Part shown: in pieces, positions 26,648-39,857 of the stretch
Numbering within the stretch: the first letter of the stretch is position 1
How the letters are laid out: each line of letters starts with the position of its first letter
The notes under the pieces: model-generated
Told to the model about the DNA's origin: nothing
Seen by the model: only the letters and a program-made list of their open reading frames with translations
Databases searched by the model: none
NCBI GenBank assembly: GCA_964016885.1
Contig: OZ024758.1
Span: 32,860,001-32,924,000, forward strand
From: Eledone cirrhosa
Lineage: Eukaryota
Reading direction: 5' to 3'
DNA: 64,000 bases
Position numbers and translations under genes: made by a program

Positions 26648-28189
26648 CAGTAGTGTGTGGCCAACTCCAGCGGTAGTGTGTGGCCAACTCCAGCGGTAGT
26701 GTGTGGCCAACTCCAGTGGTAGTGTGTGGCCAACTCCAGCGGTAGTGTGTGGCCAACTCCAGCGGTAGTGTGTGGCCAACTCCAGTGGTAGTGTGTGGCC
26801 AACTCCAGCGGTAGTGTGTGGCCAGCTCCAGCGGTAGTGTGTGGCCAACTCCAGCAGTAGTGTGTAGCCAACTCCAGTGGTAGTGTGTGGCCAACTCCAG
26901 CGGTAGTGTGTGGCCAGCTCCAGCGGTAGTGTGTGGCCAACTCCAGCAGTAGTGTGTAGCCAACTCCAGTGGTAGTGTGTGGCCAACTCCAGCGGTAGTG
27001 TGTGGCCAGCTCCAGCGGTAGTGTGTGGCCAACTCCAGCGGTAGTGTGTGGCCAACTCCAGCAGTAGTGTGTAGCCAACTCCAGTGGTAGTGTGTGGCCA
27101 ACTCCATCGGTAGTGTGTGGCCAACTCCAGTGGTAGTGTGTGGCCAACTCCAGCGGTAGTGTGTGGCCAACTCCAGTGGTAGTGTGTGCCCAACTCCAGT
27201 GGTAGTGTGTGCCCAACTCCAGTGGTAGTGTGTGCCCAACTCCAGTGGTAGTGTGTGCCCAACTCCAGTGGTAGTGTGTGGCCAACTCCAGCGGTAGTCT
27301 GTGGCTAGCTCCAGCGTTAGTGTGTGGCCAACTCCAGCGGTAGTGTGTGGCCAACTCCAGTGGTAGTGTGTGGCCAACTCCAGTGGTAGTGTGTGCCCAA
27401 CTCCAGTGGTAGTGTGTGGCCAACTCCAGCGGTAGCGTGTGGCCAGCTCCAGCGGTAGTGTGTGGCCAGCTCCAGCGGTAGTGTGTGGCTAGCTCCAGCG
27501 GTAGTGTGTGGCCAACTCCAGCGGTAGCGTGTGGCCAACTCCAGCGGTAGTGTGTGGCCAGCTCCAGCGGTAGTGTGTGGCTAGCTCCAGCGTTAGTGTG
27601 TGGCCAGCTCCAGCGGTAGTGTGTGGCCAACTCCAGCAGTAGTGTGTGGCCAACTCCAGCGTTAGTGTGTGGCCAACTCCAGCGGTAGTGTGTGGCCAAC
27701 TCCAGCGGTAGCGTGTGGCCAGCTCCAGCGGTAGTGTGTGGCCAACTCCAGCAGTAGTGTGTGGCCAACTCCAGCGGTAGTGTGTGGCCAGCTCCAGCGG
27801 TAGTGTGTGGCCAACTCCAGCGGTAGCGTGTGGCCAACTCCAGCGGTAGTGTGTGGCCAACTCCAGCGGTAGTGTGTGGCCAACTCCAGCGGTAGTGTGT
27901 GGCCAACTCCAGCGGTAGTGTGTGGCCAGCTCCAGCAGTAGTGTGTGGCCAACTCCAGTGGTAGTGTGTGGCCAACTCCAGCGGTAGTCTGTGGCCAACT
28001 CCAGCGGTAGTGTGTGGCCAACTCCAGCGGTAGTGTGTGGCCAACTCCAGCGGTAGCGTGTGGCCAGCTCCAGCGTTAGTGTGTGGCCAGCTCCAGCGGT
28101 AGTGTGTGGCCAACTCCAGCGGTAGTGTGTGGCCAACTCCAGCGTTAGTGTGTGGCCAGCTCCAGCGGTAGTGTGTGGCCAGCTCCAGC
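26648..28189. repeat. 23-bp minisatellite (GTAGTGTGTGGCCAACTCCAGCG), ~67 units
   Basis: Direct tandem units; 23-aa periodic ORFs appear in all three minus frames. Confidence 0.97.
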
Positions 28190-28638
28190 CCAGGGGAACA
28201 AGAATATTATAGTTTCAATGATAAATCAATAGTAAAGCCAGTGATATCCAACAACTTGCAATATTAACATCGGTCACACACTAATATACTGAATATTGAC
28301 CCTTCTAACATCTGAAACTTTCTAATCTCTATGCAATTATTTTATTCACCTCTCATTATTATTGCTACTATCAGAACATAGCCTTGATAATACTTAAATA
28401 AAAATATTTTATATCAAAAAGGAACTTACCATTAGTTTAACATTCTATTTTCCATAATAGCATGATTAATACGACCTAACTTTTAGAGGTTTATTCTAAC
28501 TCTCACACACCAATTCATAATCAATCTTAGCCACATGTATCTTCCATTCTCAACATAAGCTACTTTCCCATTCAATATATATTATCTATTTGCATTTCAT
28601 ATCTATGTCTGTACAATCATGCAATGATCTGACCTTAC

Positions 28639-28778
28639 GTAATTTTCACCAAATCAGTCTCAAATGTTTGATATCTAAGAAAACATACACAGTTCCTATC
28701 TACTGAGTTACAGTTAGATTTCTGTCTTGACTTATGTTTCACATCCATACAGTATGACATTTCTAACATAAGCTTATT
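28639..28778 (-). CDS. Candidate spliced exon (NKLMLEMSYCMDVKHKSRQKSNCNSVDRNCVCFLRYQTFETDLVKI-), no recognisable family
   Basis: Minus-strand acceptor TTCTCTCTCTTTTCAAAG| and donor AC|GTAAGG flank 140 nt with one open frame, in non-repetitive sequence. Confidence 0.2.
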
Positions 28779-29492
28779 CTTTGAAAAGAGAGAGAATATA
28801 TTTGAAGCCAACAGAAACAATCTATATGTAAATTTGAGTGACTTGCACCCATCACAGAATCTGTGTGTAAGAGGAAAGGGATGGTGAAAAAACTGTAGCA
28901 AAACAGTGGCTGGCGTTCCACTTGCTATGCTGTGTGTGAATGTATGTGTATGTGTGTATGTGTAAATGTATGTGTGTATGTATTTGTGTGAATGTATGTG
29001 TGTGTTTGTATGAATCAGCTTAATTAAATTTCATCAGATTGGTTTGCGAAATTGAACAAAACAATAAATGTTAGCTAACTTCATTAATACTACTGTGAGG
29101 ATTCATTCCAGCTTTCAATACATGTCAGTGTGTTGAAACAAATTCTAGTTTTATAAAATCACTGAACCACTTTCCCCCATGTCAGCATAGAAGGATGTGA
29201 AATGATATATACACAATGACATTCTGCACAGTTTCCACTAACAAGTTATCAAGTTATATGATATATAGTTATATGATAAGTTATATGATAGAAAATAGTT
29301 GCTCAAGATGATGAGCAGTAGGACTGAACCTGGAGACCCAGCCAGCTATGCAAATAATATCTTTCTTAATGCTATAATGACCTTTGTAAACACATGACCC
29401 TTATGTATAATAGCTTTGCTTACTCGTTGGCTGTTAAAGTGTGAGTTTTGTGTAATAATACGTCCAATACAATAATGAATAAAGATGTCATA

Positions 29493-29678
29493 ATAATTGT
29501 TTCTACTATTGGCACAAGGCCAGCAATTACCCAGTGTATTACTGGTACTTTATTTTATCGACCCCGTAAGGATGAAAGGCAAAGTTAACCTCAGCAGGAT
29601 TTGAACTCAGACTGCAAAGGGACGTAACTCTATGCTGCAAAGACTGGTGTCCAACCCTCTACCGATACTGCCAATCCA
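29493..29678 (-). mobile_element. Near full-length SINE-A
   Basis: All SINE-A motifs present (A-box, B-box, core, tail). Confidence 0.85.
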
Positions 29679-29890
29679 ATAATGATTGGCGTACATACAC
29701 AGTTTTGTCAGAAAATTATGAACGTCTGCACCCCCCCCCCCCCAAATGATAGGAGCAATACGCTTATATCAAAGCACTGACAGTATTGAAAAACTGAAGT
29801 TAAATAATCATAACAGTGAAAGTGATGTTAAGAAGGCAAAACAATAAATAAGATTATAATGGGTTCTGTAAGAAAATAAATGTAACTTAC

Positions 29891-30012
29891 CGTGCATAAC
29901 AGTTTGCTATGAATAAAGGCGTAATGTTCTATACAATCATGATACTATGTAGTTCAGAGTAACAGAAGTGGTATTTAATAAGAAACAGCTTCATCTTGTG
30001 TCAGTGTAAAAC
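29891..30012 (-). other. Candidate non-coding (5'UTR or lncRNA) exon
   Basis: Strong minus-strand acceptor T-run-AATTCAG|G and donor CG|GTAAGT. Stops occur in all three frames. Confidence 0.25.
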
Positions 30013-30140
30013 CTGAATTAAAAAAAAAAGTATGTGTAATTAAAAATGAATTAATGAAATTGTCATAAACCTAAACAAACATTATTTCAAGTGACACAAG
30101 AGCAGAATTTGAAAGGGGAATAAACCTTGTATAACTGTGT

Positions 30141-33100
30141 TGTAGTGATTAGTGTGACTGGATGTAGTGATGAATGGTGACTGGATGTAGTGATTAGTGG
30201 TGACTGGATGTAGTGATTAGTGGTGACTGGATGTAGAGATTAGTGTGACTGGATGTAGAGATTAGTATGACTGGATGTAGAGATTAGTATGACTGGATGA
30301 AGTGATTAGTGGTGACTGGATGTAGAGATTAGTGTGACAGGATGTAGTGATTAGTGGTGACTGGATGTAGTGATTAGTGGTGACTGGATGTAGAGATTAG
30401 TGTGACTGGATGTAGTGATTAGTGGTGACTGGATGTAGAGATTAGTGTGACTGGATGTAGTGATTAGTGGTGACTGGATGTAGTGATTAGTGTGACTGGA
30501 TGTAGAGATTAGTGTGACTGGATGTAGTGATTAGTGGTGACTGGATGTAGTGATTAGTGTGACTGGATGTAGTGATTAGTGGTGACTGGATGTAGTGATT
30601 AGTGTGACTGGATGTAGTGATTAGTGTGACTGGATGTAGTGATTAGTGGTGACTGGATGTAGTGATTAGTGGTGACTGGATGTAGTGATTAGTGTGACTG
30701 GATGAAGTGATTAGTGTGACTGGATGTAGTGATTAGTGGTGACTGGATGTAGTGATTAGTGGTGACTGGATGTAGTGATTAGTGGTGACTGGATGTAGTG
30801 ATTAGTGGTGACTGGATGTAGAGATTAGTGTGACTGGATGTAGTGATTAGTGGTGACTGGATGTAGAGATTAGTGTGACTGGATGTAGTGATTAGTGGTG
30901 ACTGGATGTAGTGATTAGTGGTGACTGGATGTAGTGATTAATTGTGACTGGATGTAGTGATTAATGGTGACTGGATGTAGTGATTAGTGTGACTGGATGA
31001 AGTGATTAGTGTGACTGGATGTAGTGATTAGTGGTGACTGGATGTAGTGATTAGTGGTGACTGGATGTAGTAATTAATGGTGACTGGATGTAGTGATTAG
31101 TGTGACTGGATGAAGTGATTAGTGTGACTGGATGTAGTGATTAGTGGTGACTGGATGTAGTGATTAGTGGTGACTGGATGTAGTGATTAGTGGTGACTGG
31201 ATGTAGTGATTAGTGGTGACTGGATGTAGAGATTAGTGTGACTGGATGAAGTGATTAGTGTGACTGGATGTAGTGATTAGTGTGACTGGATGTAGAGATT
31301 AGTGTGACTGGATGTAGTGATTAGTGTGACTGGATGTATAGATTAGTGGTGACTGGATGTAGTGATTAGTGTGACTGGATGAAGTGATTAGTGTGACTGG
31401 ATGTAGTGATTAGTGTGACTGGATGTAGAGATTAGTGGTGACTGGATGTAGTGATTAGTGTGACTGGATGAAGTGATTAGTGTGACTGGATGAAGTGATT
31501 AGTGTGACTGGATGTAGTGATGAGTGGTGACTGGATGTAGTGATTAGTGGTGACTGGATGTAGTGATGAGTGGTGACTGGATGTAGTGATTAGTGGTGAC
31601 TGGATGTAGTGATGAGTGGTGACTGGATGTAGTGATGAGTGGTGACTGGATGTAGTGATGAGTGGTGACTGGATGTAGTGATAAGTGTGACTGGATGTAG
31701 TGATTAGTGTGACTGGATGTAGTGATTAGTGGTGACTGGATGTAGTGATTAGTGTGACTGGATGTAGTGATTAATGGTGACTGGATGTAGTGATTAATGG
31801 TGAGTGGATGTAGTGATTAATGGTGAGTGGATGTAGTGATTAGTGTGACTGGATGTAGTGATTAATGGTGACTGGATGTAGTGATTAGTGTGACTGGATG
31901 TAGTGATTAGTGTGACTGGATGTAGTGATTAGTGTGACTGGATGTAGTGATTAGTGGTGACTGGATGTAGTGATAAGTGGTGACTGGATGTAGTGATTAG
32001 TGGTGACTGGATGTAGTGATTAGTGGTGACTGGATGTAGTGATTAGTGGTGACTGGATGTAGTGATTAGTGTGACTGGATGTAGAGCTTAGTGGTGACTG
32101 GATGTAGTGATTAGTGGTGACTGGATGTAGAGATTAGTGGTGACTGGATGTAGTGATTAGTGTGACTGGATGTAGTGATTAGTGTGACTGGATGTAGTGA
32201 TTAGTGGTGACTGGATGTAGTGATTAGTGTGACTGGATGTAGTGATTAGTGTGACTGGATGTAGTGATTAGTGTGACTGGATGTAGTGATTAGTGTGACT
32301 GGATGTAGTGATTAGTGTGACTGGATGTAGTGATTAGTGTGACTGGATGTAGTGATTAGTGGTGACTGGATGTAGTGATTAGTGTGACTGGATGTAGTGA
32401 TTAGTGTGACTGGATGAAGTGATTAGTGTGACTGGATGTAGTGATTAGTGTGACTGGATGTAGAGATTAATGGTGACTGGATGTAGTGATGAGTGGTGAC
32501 TGGATGTAGAGATTAGTGTGACTGGATGTAGTGATTAGTGGTGACTGGATGTAGTGATTAGTGGTGACTGGATGTAGTGATTAGTGTGACTGGATGAAGT
32601 GATTAGTGGTGACTGGATGTAGTGATTAGTGGTGACTGGATGTAGTGATTAGTGTGACTGGATGTAGAGATTAATGGTGACTGGATGTAGTGATTAGTGG
32701 TGACTGGATGTAGTGATTAGTGTGACTGGATGTAGTGATTAGTGGTGACTGGATGTAGTGATTAGTGGTGACTGGATGTAGTGATTAGTGTGACTGGATG
32801 TAGAGATTAATGGTGACTGGATGTAGTGATTAGTGGTGACTGGATGTAGTGATTAGTGTGACTGGATGTAGTGATTAGTGGTGACTGGATGTAGTGATTA
32901 GTGGTGACTGGATGTAGTGATTAGTGTGACTGGATGAAGTGATTAGTGGTGACTGGATGTAGTGATTAGTGGTGACTGGATGTAGTGATTAGTGTGACTG
33001 GATGAAGTGATTAGTGTGACTGGATGTAGTGATTAGTGTGACTGGATGTAGAGATTAATGGTGACTGGATGTAGTGATGAGTGGTGACTGGATGTAGTGA

Positions 33101-35117
33101 TTAGTGTGACTGGATGTAGAGATTAGTGTGACTGGATGTAGAGATTAGTGTGACTGGATGTAGAGATTAGTGTGACTGAATGTAGAGATTAGTGTGACTG
33201 GATGTAGTGATTAGTGGTTACTGGATGTAGTGATTAGTGTGACTGGATGTAGTGATTAGTGTGACTGGATGTAGTGATTAGTGTGACTGGATGTAGAGAT
33301 TAATGGAGACTGGATGTAGTGATTAGTGGTGACTGGATGTAGTGATGAGTGGTGACTGGATGTAGTGATTAGTGGTGACTGGATGTAGTGATTAGTGGTG
33401 ACTGGATGTAGTGATTAGTGGTGACTGGATGTAGTGATTAGTGGTAACTGGATGTAGTGATTAGTGGTAACTGGATGTAGTGATTAGTGGTGACTGGATG
33501 TAGTGATTAGTGTGACTGGATGTAGTGATTAGTGGTGACTGGATGTAGTGATTAGTGGTGACTGGATGTAGTGATTTGTGGTGACTGGATGTAGAGATTA
33601 GTGTGACTGGATGTAGTGATTAGTGGTGACAGGATGTAGTGATTAGTGTGACTGGATGTAGTGATTAGTGTGACTGGATGTAGAGATTAGTGTGACTGGA
33701 TGTAGAGATTAGTGTGACTGGATGTAGAGATTAGTGTGACTGGATGTAGTGATTAGTGGTTACTGGATGTAGTGATTAGTGGTTACTGGATGTAGTGATT
33801 AGTGTGACTGGATGTAGTAATTAGTGTGACTGGATGTAGTGATTAGTGTGACTGGATGTAGTGATTAGTGTGACTGGATGTAGAGATTAATGGTGACTGG
33901 ATGTAGTGATTAGTGGTGACTGGATGTAGTGATGAGTGGTGACTGGATGTAGTGATTAGTGGTGATTGGATGTAGTGATTAGTGGTGACTGGATGTAGAG
34001 ATTAGTGGTGACTGGTTGTAGTGATTAGTGTGACTGGATGTAGTGATTAGTGTGACTGGATGTAGTGATTAGTGGTGACTGGATGTAGTGATTAGTGTGA
34101 CTGGATGTAGTGATTAGTGTGACTGGATGTAGTGATTAGTGGTGACTGGATGTAGTGATTAGTGTGACTGGATGTAGAGATTAATGGTGACTGGATGTAG
34201 TGATTAGTGGTGACTGGATGTAGTGATGAGTGGTGACTGGATGTAGTGATTAGTGGTGACTGGATGTAGTGATTAGTGGTGACTGGATGTAGTGATTAGT
34301 GGTGACTGGATGTAGTGATTAGTGGTGACTGGATGTAGTGATTAGTGGTGACTGGATGTAGTGATTAGTGGTGACTGGATGTAGTGATTAGTGTGACTGG
34401 ATGAAGTGATTAGTGGTGACTGGATGTAGTGATTAGTGGTGACTGGATGTAGTGATTAGTGTGACTGGATGTAGTGATTAGTGGTGACTGGATGTAGTGA
34501 TTAGTGGTGACTGGATGTAGTGATTAGTGTGACTGGATGTAGTGATTAGTGGTGACTGGATGTAGTGGTTAGTGTGACTGGATGTAGTGATTAGTGTGAC
34601 TGGATGTAGTGATTAGTGGTGACTGGATGTAGTGATTAGTGGTGACTGGATGTAGTGATTAGTGGTGACTGGATGTAGTGATTAGTGGTGACTGGATGAA
34701 GTGATTAGTGTGACTGGATGTAGTGATTAGTGTGACTGGATGTAGTGATTAGTGGTGACTGGATGTAGTGATTAGTGGTGACTGGATGTAGTGATTAGTG
34801 GTGACTGGATGTAGTGATTAGTGGTGACTGGATGTAGTGATTAGTGGTGACTGGATGTAGTGATTAGTGGTGACTGGATGTAGTGATTAGTGGTGACTGG
34901 ATGAAGTGATTAGTGTGACTGGATGTAGTGATTAGTGTGACTGGATGTAGTGATTAGTGGTGACTGGATGTAGTGATTAGTGGTGACTGGATGTAGTGAT
35001 TAGTGTGACTGGATGTAGTGATTAGTGGTGACTGGATGTAGTGATTAGTGTGACTGGATGTAGTGATTAGTGTGACTGGATGAAGTGATTAGTGTGACTG
35101 GATGAAGTGATTAGTGG
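30141..35117. repeat. 22/23-bp minisatellite (GACTGGATGTAGTGATTAGTG(G)T), ~220 units
   Basis: Direct tandem units with interspersed 1-bp length variants. Confidence 0.97.
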
Positions 35118-35307
35118 TCTTTAATTGTAAATTTTAAAATATTTGGTGAAATCATTTGAAAGTAAAAAGATGAGTATCTAGCATTAAATCACGTTGAAGC
35201 AATTATGGACATAAATATTTGTTGTATTTTGTATGGTTCTGTAACTCCTGAGTTGTAGGGGAGCCGGATTAACATTCAGTGTTTCTGGGGCATTTAAAAT
35301 CTGGTGG

Positions 35308-35493
35308 TGGATTAGCAGTATTGGTAGAGTGTCAGACGCCATACTATGTAACATAGAGTGGCCCTTTACGTCCTGAGTTCAAATCCAGCCGAGGTTAACT
35401 TTGCCTTTAATCCTTCCGGGGTCGATAAAATAAAGTACCAGTAATACACTGGGATAATTGCTGGCCTTGTGCCAGAAGTAGAAACAATTATTC
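35308..35493 (+). mobile_element. SINE-A with 13-bp TSD inserted in an older dispersed repeat
   Basis: TAAAA(T/C)CTGGTGG at 35295-35307 and 35494-35506. An uninterrupted paralogous site lies at ~23250-23262. Confidence 0.85.
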
Positions 35494-35544
35494 TAAAACC
35501 TGGTGGAACCCATCTCTCCAAGTCTAAATACAGCAGATTTCTTC

Positions 35545-36160
35545 CAGAGAAGGGTAGAGAGAGTGAGAGTGTGGAAGTGAGAGATATAGAGAGAGTGAGA
35601 GAGTGGAAGTGAGAGATAGAGAGAGAGTGAGAGAGTGGAAGTGAGAGATAGAGAGAGAGTGAGAGTGTGGAAGTGAGAGATATAGAGAGAGTGAGAGAGT
35701 GGAAGTGAGAGATATAGAGAGAGTGAGAGTGTGGAAGTGAGAGATATAGAGAGAGTGAGAGTGTGGAAGTGAGAGATATAGAGAGAGTGAGGGTGTGGAA
35801 GTGAGAGATATAGAGAGAGTGAGAGTGTGGAAGTGAGAGATAGAGAGAGAGTGAGAGAGTGGAAGTGAGATATATAGAGAGAGTGAAAGTGAGAGATATA
35901 GAGAGAGTGAGAGTGTGGAAGTGAGAGATATAGAGAGAGTGAGAGTGTGGAAGTGAGAGATATAGAGAGAGTGAGAGTGTGGAAGTGTGAGATATAGAGA
36001 GAGTGAGAGAATAGAAGTGAGAGATAGAGAGAGAGTGAGAGAATAAAAGTGAGAGAGTGAGAGAATAGAAGTGAGACATAGAGAGAGAGAGTGAGAGATA
36101 TAGAGAGAGTGAGAGAATAGAAGTGAGAGATAGAGAGAGAGTGAGAGATATAGAGAAAGA
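35545..36160. repeat. Purine-rich ~32-bp GA minisatellite
   Basis: Unit GAGAGTGTGGAAGTGAGAGATATAGAGAGAGT. Confidence 0.9.
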
Positions 36161-36254
36161 ATTGACTCCAATACTAGACAAGCACTTATTGACCTTCAAT
36201 GGGTGAAAGGCATAGTTGACAAATTCATTTGACTTTTGGAATATTATATTTTAT

Positions 36255-36515
36255 TGTGAGTTCAATTCTCAGACTGGGTGATGTGTTGTTTCCTTGAGCA
36301 AGACACTTTATTTCAGTTTACTCAGTTGTAGAAATGAGATGATAGGGATTGGGGTCCACTGCAAGGTGGTCGTGGAGGTGCCACGGCAAAAAAGCACCCA
36401 GCACTCACTGTAAATGAGGTTGGTGTTAGGAAGGGCATCCAGCTGTAGAAATTAAGCCAGAATCAGTTCCCGTCCCACCCTTGCAAGCAGAGAAAAGCGG
36501 ACGTATGATGATGAT
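36255..36515 (+). mobile_element. 5'-truncated SINE-B with RTE-derived tail
   Basis: Nearly identical to 48295-48580; ends in (ATG)n. Confidence 0.8.
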
Positions 36516-38061
36516 GTGTGTAAATGTTACTAGGCCTATACCAGCAACCAGCTTATTCTGAGAACCAACAGTGAGCTTAAGAAAACATGCATGGTTCAGT
36601 TTGAACTGAAGCTAAATGAAGTCTGACTAGGTTGAAACTAAGATCTCTCTAGGGATTATATATATTGATCAATGAAAATTAAAGTATTTCTATATATTCT
36701 ATATATTATGTAGAGTAATGTGTTAACTCCCCAAAAAACTGATTATTTAGTTAATATACTGACTGAAATATAAGTATAAAATGTTCAATATAAACCCATT
36801 TATTTTCCCTACTTAGATAATCAGTATATTTGAATTCAGACAGCTGCAATTATGAAGTTATATGAAGAGGAAACTACTTCTGTGAGATTTAAGGCAGCAA
36901 TCAAACAGCCATTTGTTGATATTGTTTAATATTACTTAGCGATCTAATAGGTGAAATATATGGAATGATTTCCCAGCTTGATGGTTAGGTCATTGAGTCT
37001 AAATTTTAAAGCAAACTGTGAGCTCTGATATTCTCTAGTTTCAGTAGTTGAATATTTCTGACACTTGCCTAAGATAACAAGTAGCGAGATTAAACCCGAA
37101 ACCTCATGACTGTGAAACAAATGTCTTAACCATATAGCCATACCTGCATCCTCTAGTTGATATACGTACATGTATTGAATAGAGAGCTAATGGCCTACAG
37201 AGAAAATGCCACCTACACATGGCATTTACAATATAATATATACAATAAAAAGCATGAAGTTAAAATGGAAAAATTAAGTTGCTGAAAGGGAGACAGATAG
37301 ATGGTGAGTGAATAATAGAGATTTTTTCATTTTGTAAACTGTAATTTATTTTTATTTATTATCAAGTTTTAGGTTAAATTATAATCTCAGTAATCAATAA
37401 AATAAAAAAATAAAATCTTTAGCCATTTCTTTCTAACATAAGTAGAGTACTTCAAGTTTTCAAATGCAAAATGTTATAGCAATTTCAACTGTAAGCAGAT
37501 AACATACAGACAATTGAAAGTTCCAACAATATACAAGACAAACTACTTTCAATAAAAAGAAATATTTTAGTAGCATATACTCAAACTTTTACTATGAATT
37601 TACCACTTTTGAAATAATAGATTACACAATAGGAACTAAGACTATGGGTGCAGGTATGTGTGATGAAGAAATTTACTTCATAATCACATGGTTATGTGTT
37701 TGATACCATGGTGCTGCAGTATCTTCTACAATAGGTAGGTAGGGGCTTTTGGGTGGTTGACTCAAGAGAGAAGTTGGGTAGATATAAATTTATCTGCAGC
37801 CAATCAGACTGTAACTGTACTTGTCTGGTAGAGCTAATATGCCACTCAGTTTAAAACCACCACTACTTGGCCCTGCGGTGCCTTTTCGTTGATATGTAGC
37901 ATTTATTGGGTAAGTTAACTAACTAAAAGTTTTACAAATCTAATAATATCATGTCATGCCATAGTAGAAAACCCATGGTGCCTCACAGTGAGACTGAACC
38001 CTAACCCTTTAATCCAACTGCCATGCCTGTGTCTATATATTTATGAATGTATAATTTTGTG

Positions 38062-38149
<88 letters not shown>

Positions 38150-38150
<1 letters not shown>

Positions 38151-38401
38151 AGTATAAATTGAGTTAGAAGCTCAGAATAGTCTCCTACAATCAAAACAGC
38201 TCAAGGAAATATTTTCCAAGCCATACAATATAATTCAATATAATACAATATAATACAATATAATACAATATAATACAATATAAGAGAGACACAGATATAC
38301 ACATAAATGTGTTCAAATCATATTGTACGTCTCAGAAAATTTTTTCCTGGGCTATTTTGATTGTAGGGGACTATTCTGAGTTTCTAACTCAATTTATACT
38401 T
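38150..38401. repeat. Fold-back element: ~82-bp imperfect inverted arms around an (AATAT/AATAC)n spacer
   Basis: AAGTATAAATTGAGTTAGAAGCTCAGAATAGTC... versus ...GACTATTCTGAGTTTCTAACTCAATTTATACTT. Confidence 0.8.
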
Positions 38402-38814
38402 TTGATAAATACAGCTCCTTGAATTTTGTAGAGCTTATTAAATACTGAGTGAACCTGGCTGCTATTTTTAGTAGCATACGTTTTACGAGGCACGTTAGGC
38501 ACTGAATGCCATGTGCGTTATTCTAAACACGCGCTTCATTTAGTCTTCTAAGAAACCTAGAAGTGAAAAGTCTACTAATTCATACATGCACTAAAGAGCA
38601 ATGGAATTGGTAATTCCCTTCACTTGATGCAAAACAGTTTTACCAAAGACGGTCTGGTTGTTTTATAGGTATCATGATTCGGTTTGTACTTTTTCTTAAT
38701 TTTATTCTTTTAATTGAGTCTGGCAAACCGTGTTGTTCATAGTTAGTATACTATTCACCCTAGTGAATCTGGTCCCTTATGATTTGAACATATAGAAGTG
38801 TATGTTTGTGTTTG

Positions 38815-38863
<49 letters not shown>

Positions 38864-38999
38864 TGAGGAGTTATTCCTACATAGTAATAGTTTACCTTTA
38901 TCTTATGACTAATTAATTAAATGTAGCAATAGTGACATGCTCAAATAACATATCTTCAAAGGTTTTCTATGAATCAATTGTAAATTTTATTTCTTACAA

Positions 39000-39857
39000 C
39001 CAGTGGTACCCGGCGTTGCACGGGATAAGGTATTTTGGAACGTGGGCCACCAACAGACCTAATCGTGGAAAAACTGCATGCCTGGACAATATGTAAAGAA
39101 AATAAACCGAATACTCTGATGGCTGGATAATCTTTAAGATTTTCCTCGATGAAGCAGGAAAAATGCAGGTTTTTACCTAATGCGGGCCCTAGGGGTTCAA
39201 AGTAATACACATGTAAAGTTTGAAACATAAGTAATAACATGTAAAGTTTGAAACATAAGTAATAACATGTAAAGTTTGAAAATATTGGTTGGGTACTTCT
39301 CGAGTTTTAGGGATTCAAACTCACAGACACACACACACACACACAGACAGACATCCTCAGGGAAGTGACGTAATGCAGACAGCCAGACATACAGACAGAT
39401 ATTATAAGGGCGCAACGTTTTATGTATGTATCTATCTAAAAAGAGAAAGACTAAGAATTATAGAGAGATATCACTTAATTGCCTAATGCGGTCCCTAGGG
39501 TATAGAAAATTTGAAATTTTTTTTTTGCTCAGAACACTCCCTGAAACATAAGTATTACATGTGTAAAGTTTGTAAATTTAGGGCAGTGGATTGGCAGTAT
39601 TGGTAGAGAGTCGGACGCTATGCTTTCCAGCATAGTTACGTCCCTTTACGGTCTGAGTTCAAATCCCTCCGAGGTTCACTTTGCCTTTCATCCTTACGGG
39701 GTCGATAAAATATAGTACCAGTAATGTACTGGGTAATTGCTGGCCTTGTGCCAAAAAAGTAGAAACAATTACATGTGTAAAGTTTGAAAACAGTCTCGAA
39801 GTTTAGGGATTCAAACTCACACACACAGACAGCCATCCTCAGGTTTATATATATAGA
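39000..39857 (-). mobile_element. Non-autonomous Helitron-like element with internal duplication and a nested SINE-A (~39581-39770)
   Basis: Minus strand: A|TCTATATATATAAA 5' end, subterminal GC hairpin CCCGTGCAACGCCGGG, CTGG|T 3' end (CTRR), inserted between A and T with no TSD. Confidence 0.65.

Noticed and set aside
26406-28136. Repetitive HYRWSWPHTTAG proteins
   Set aside because: The 23-bp unit is not a multiple of 3, and identical peptides appear in all three frames.
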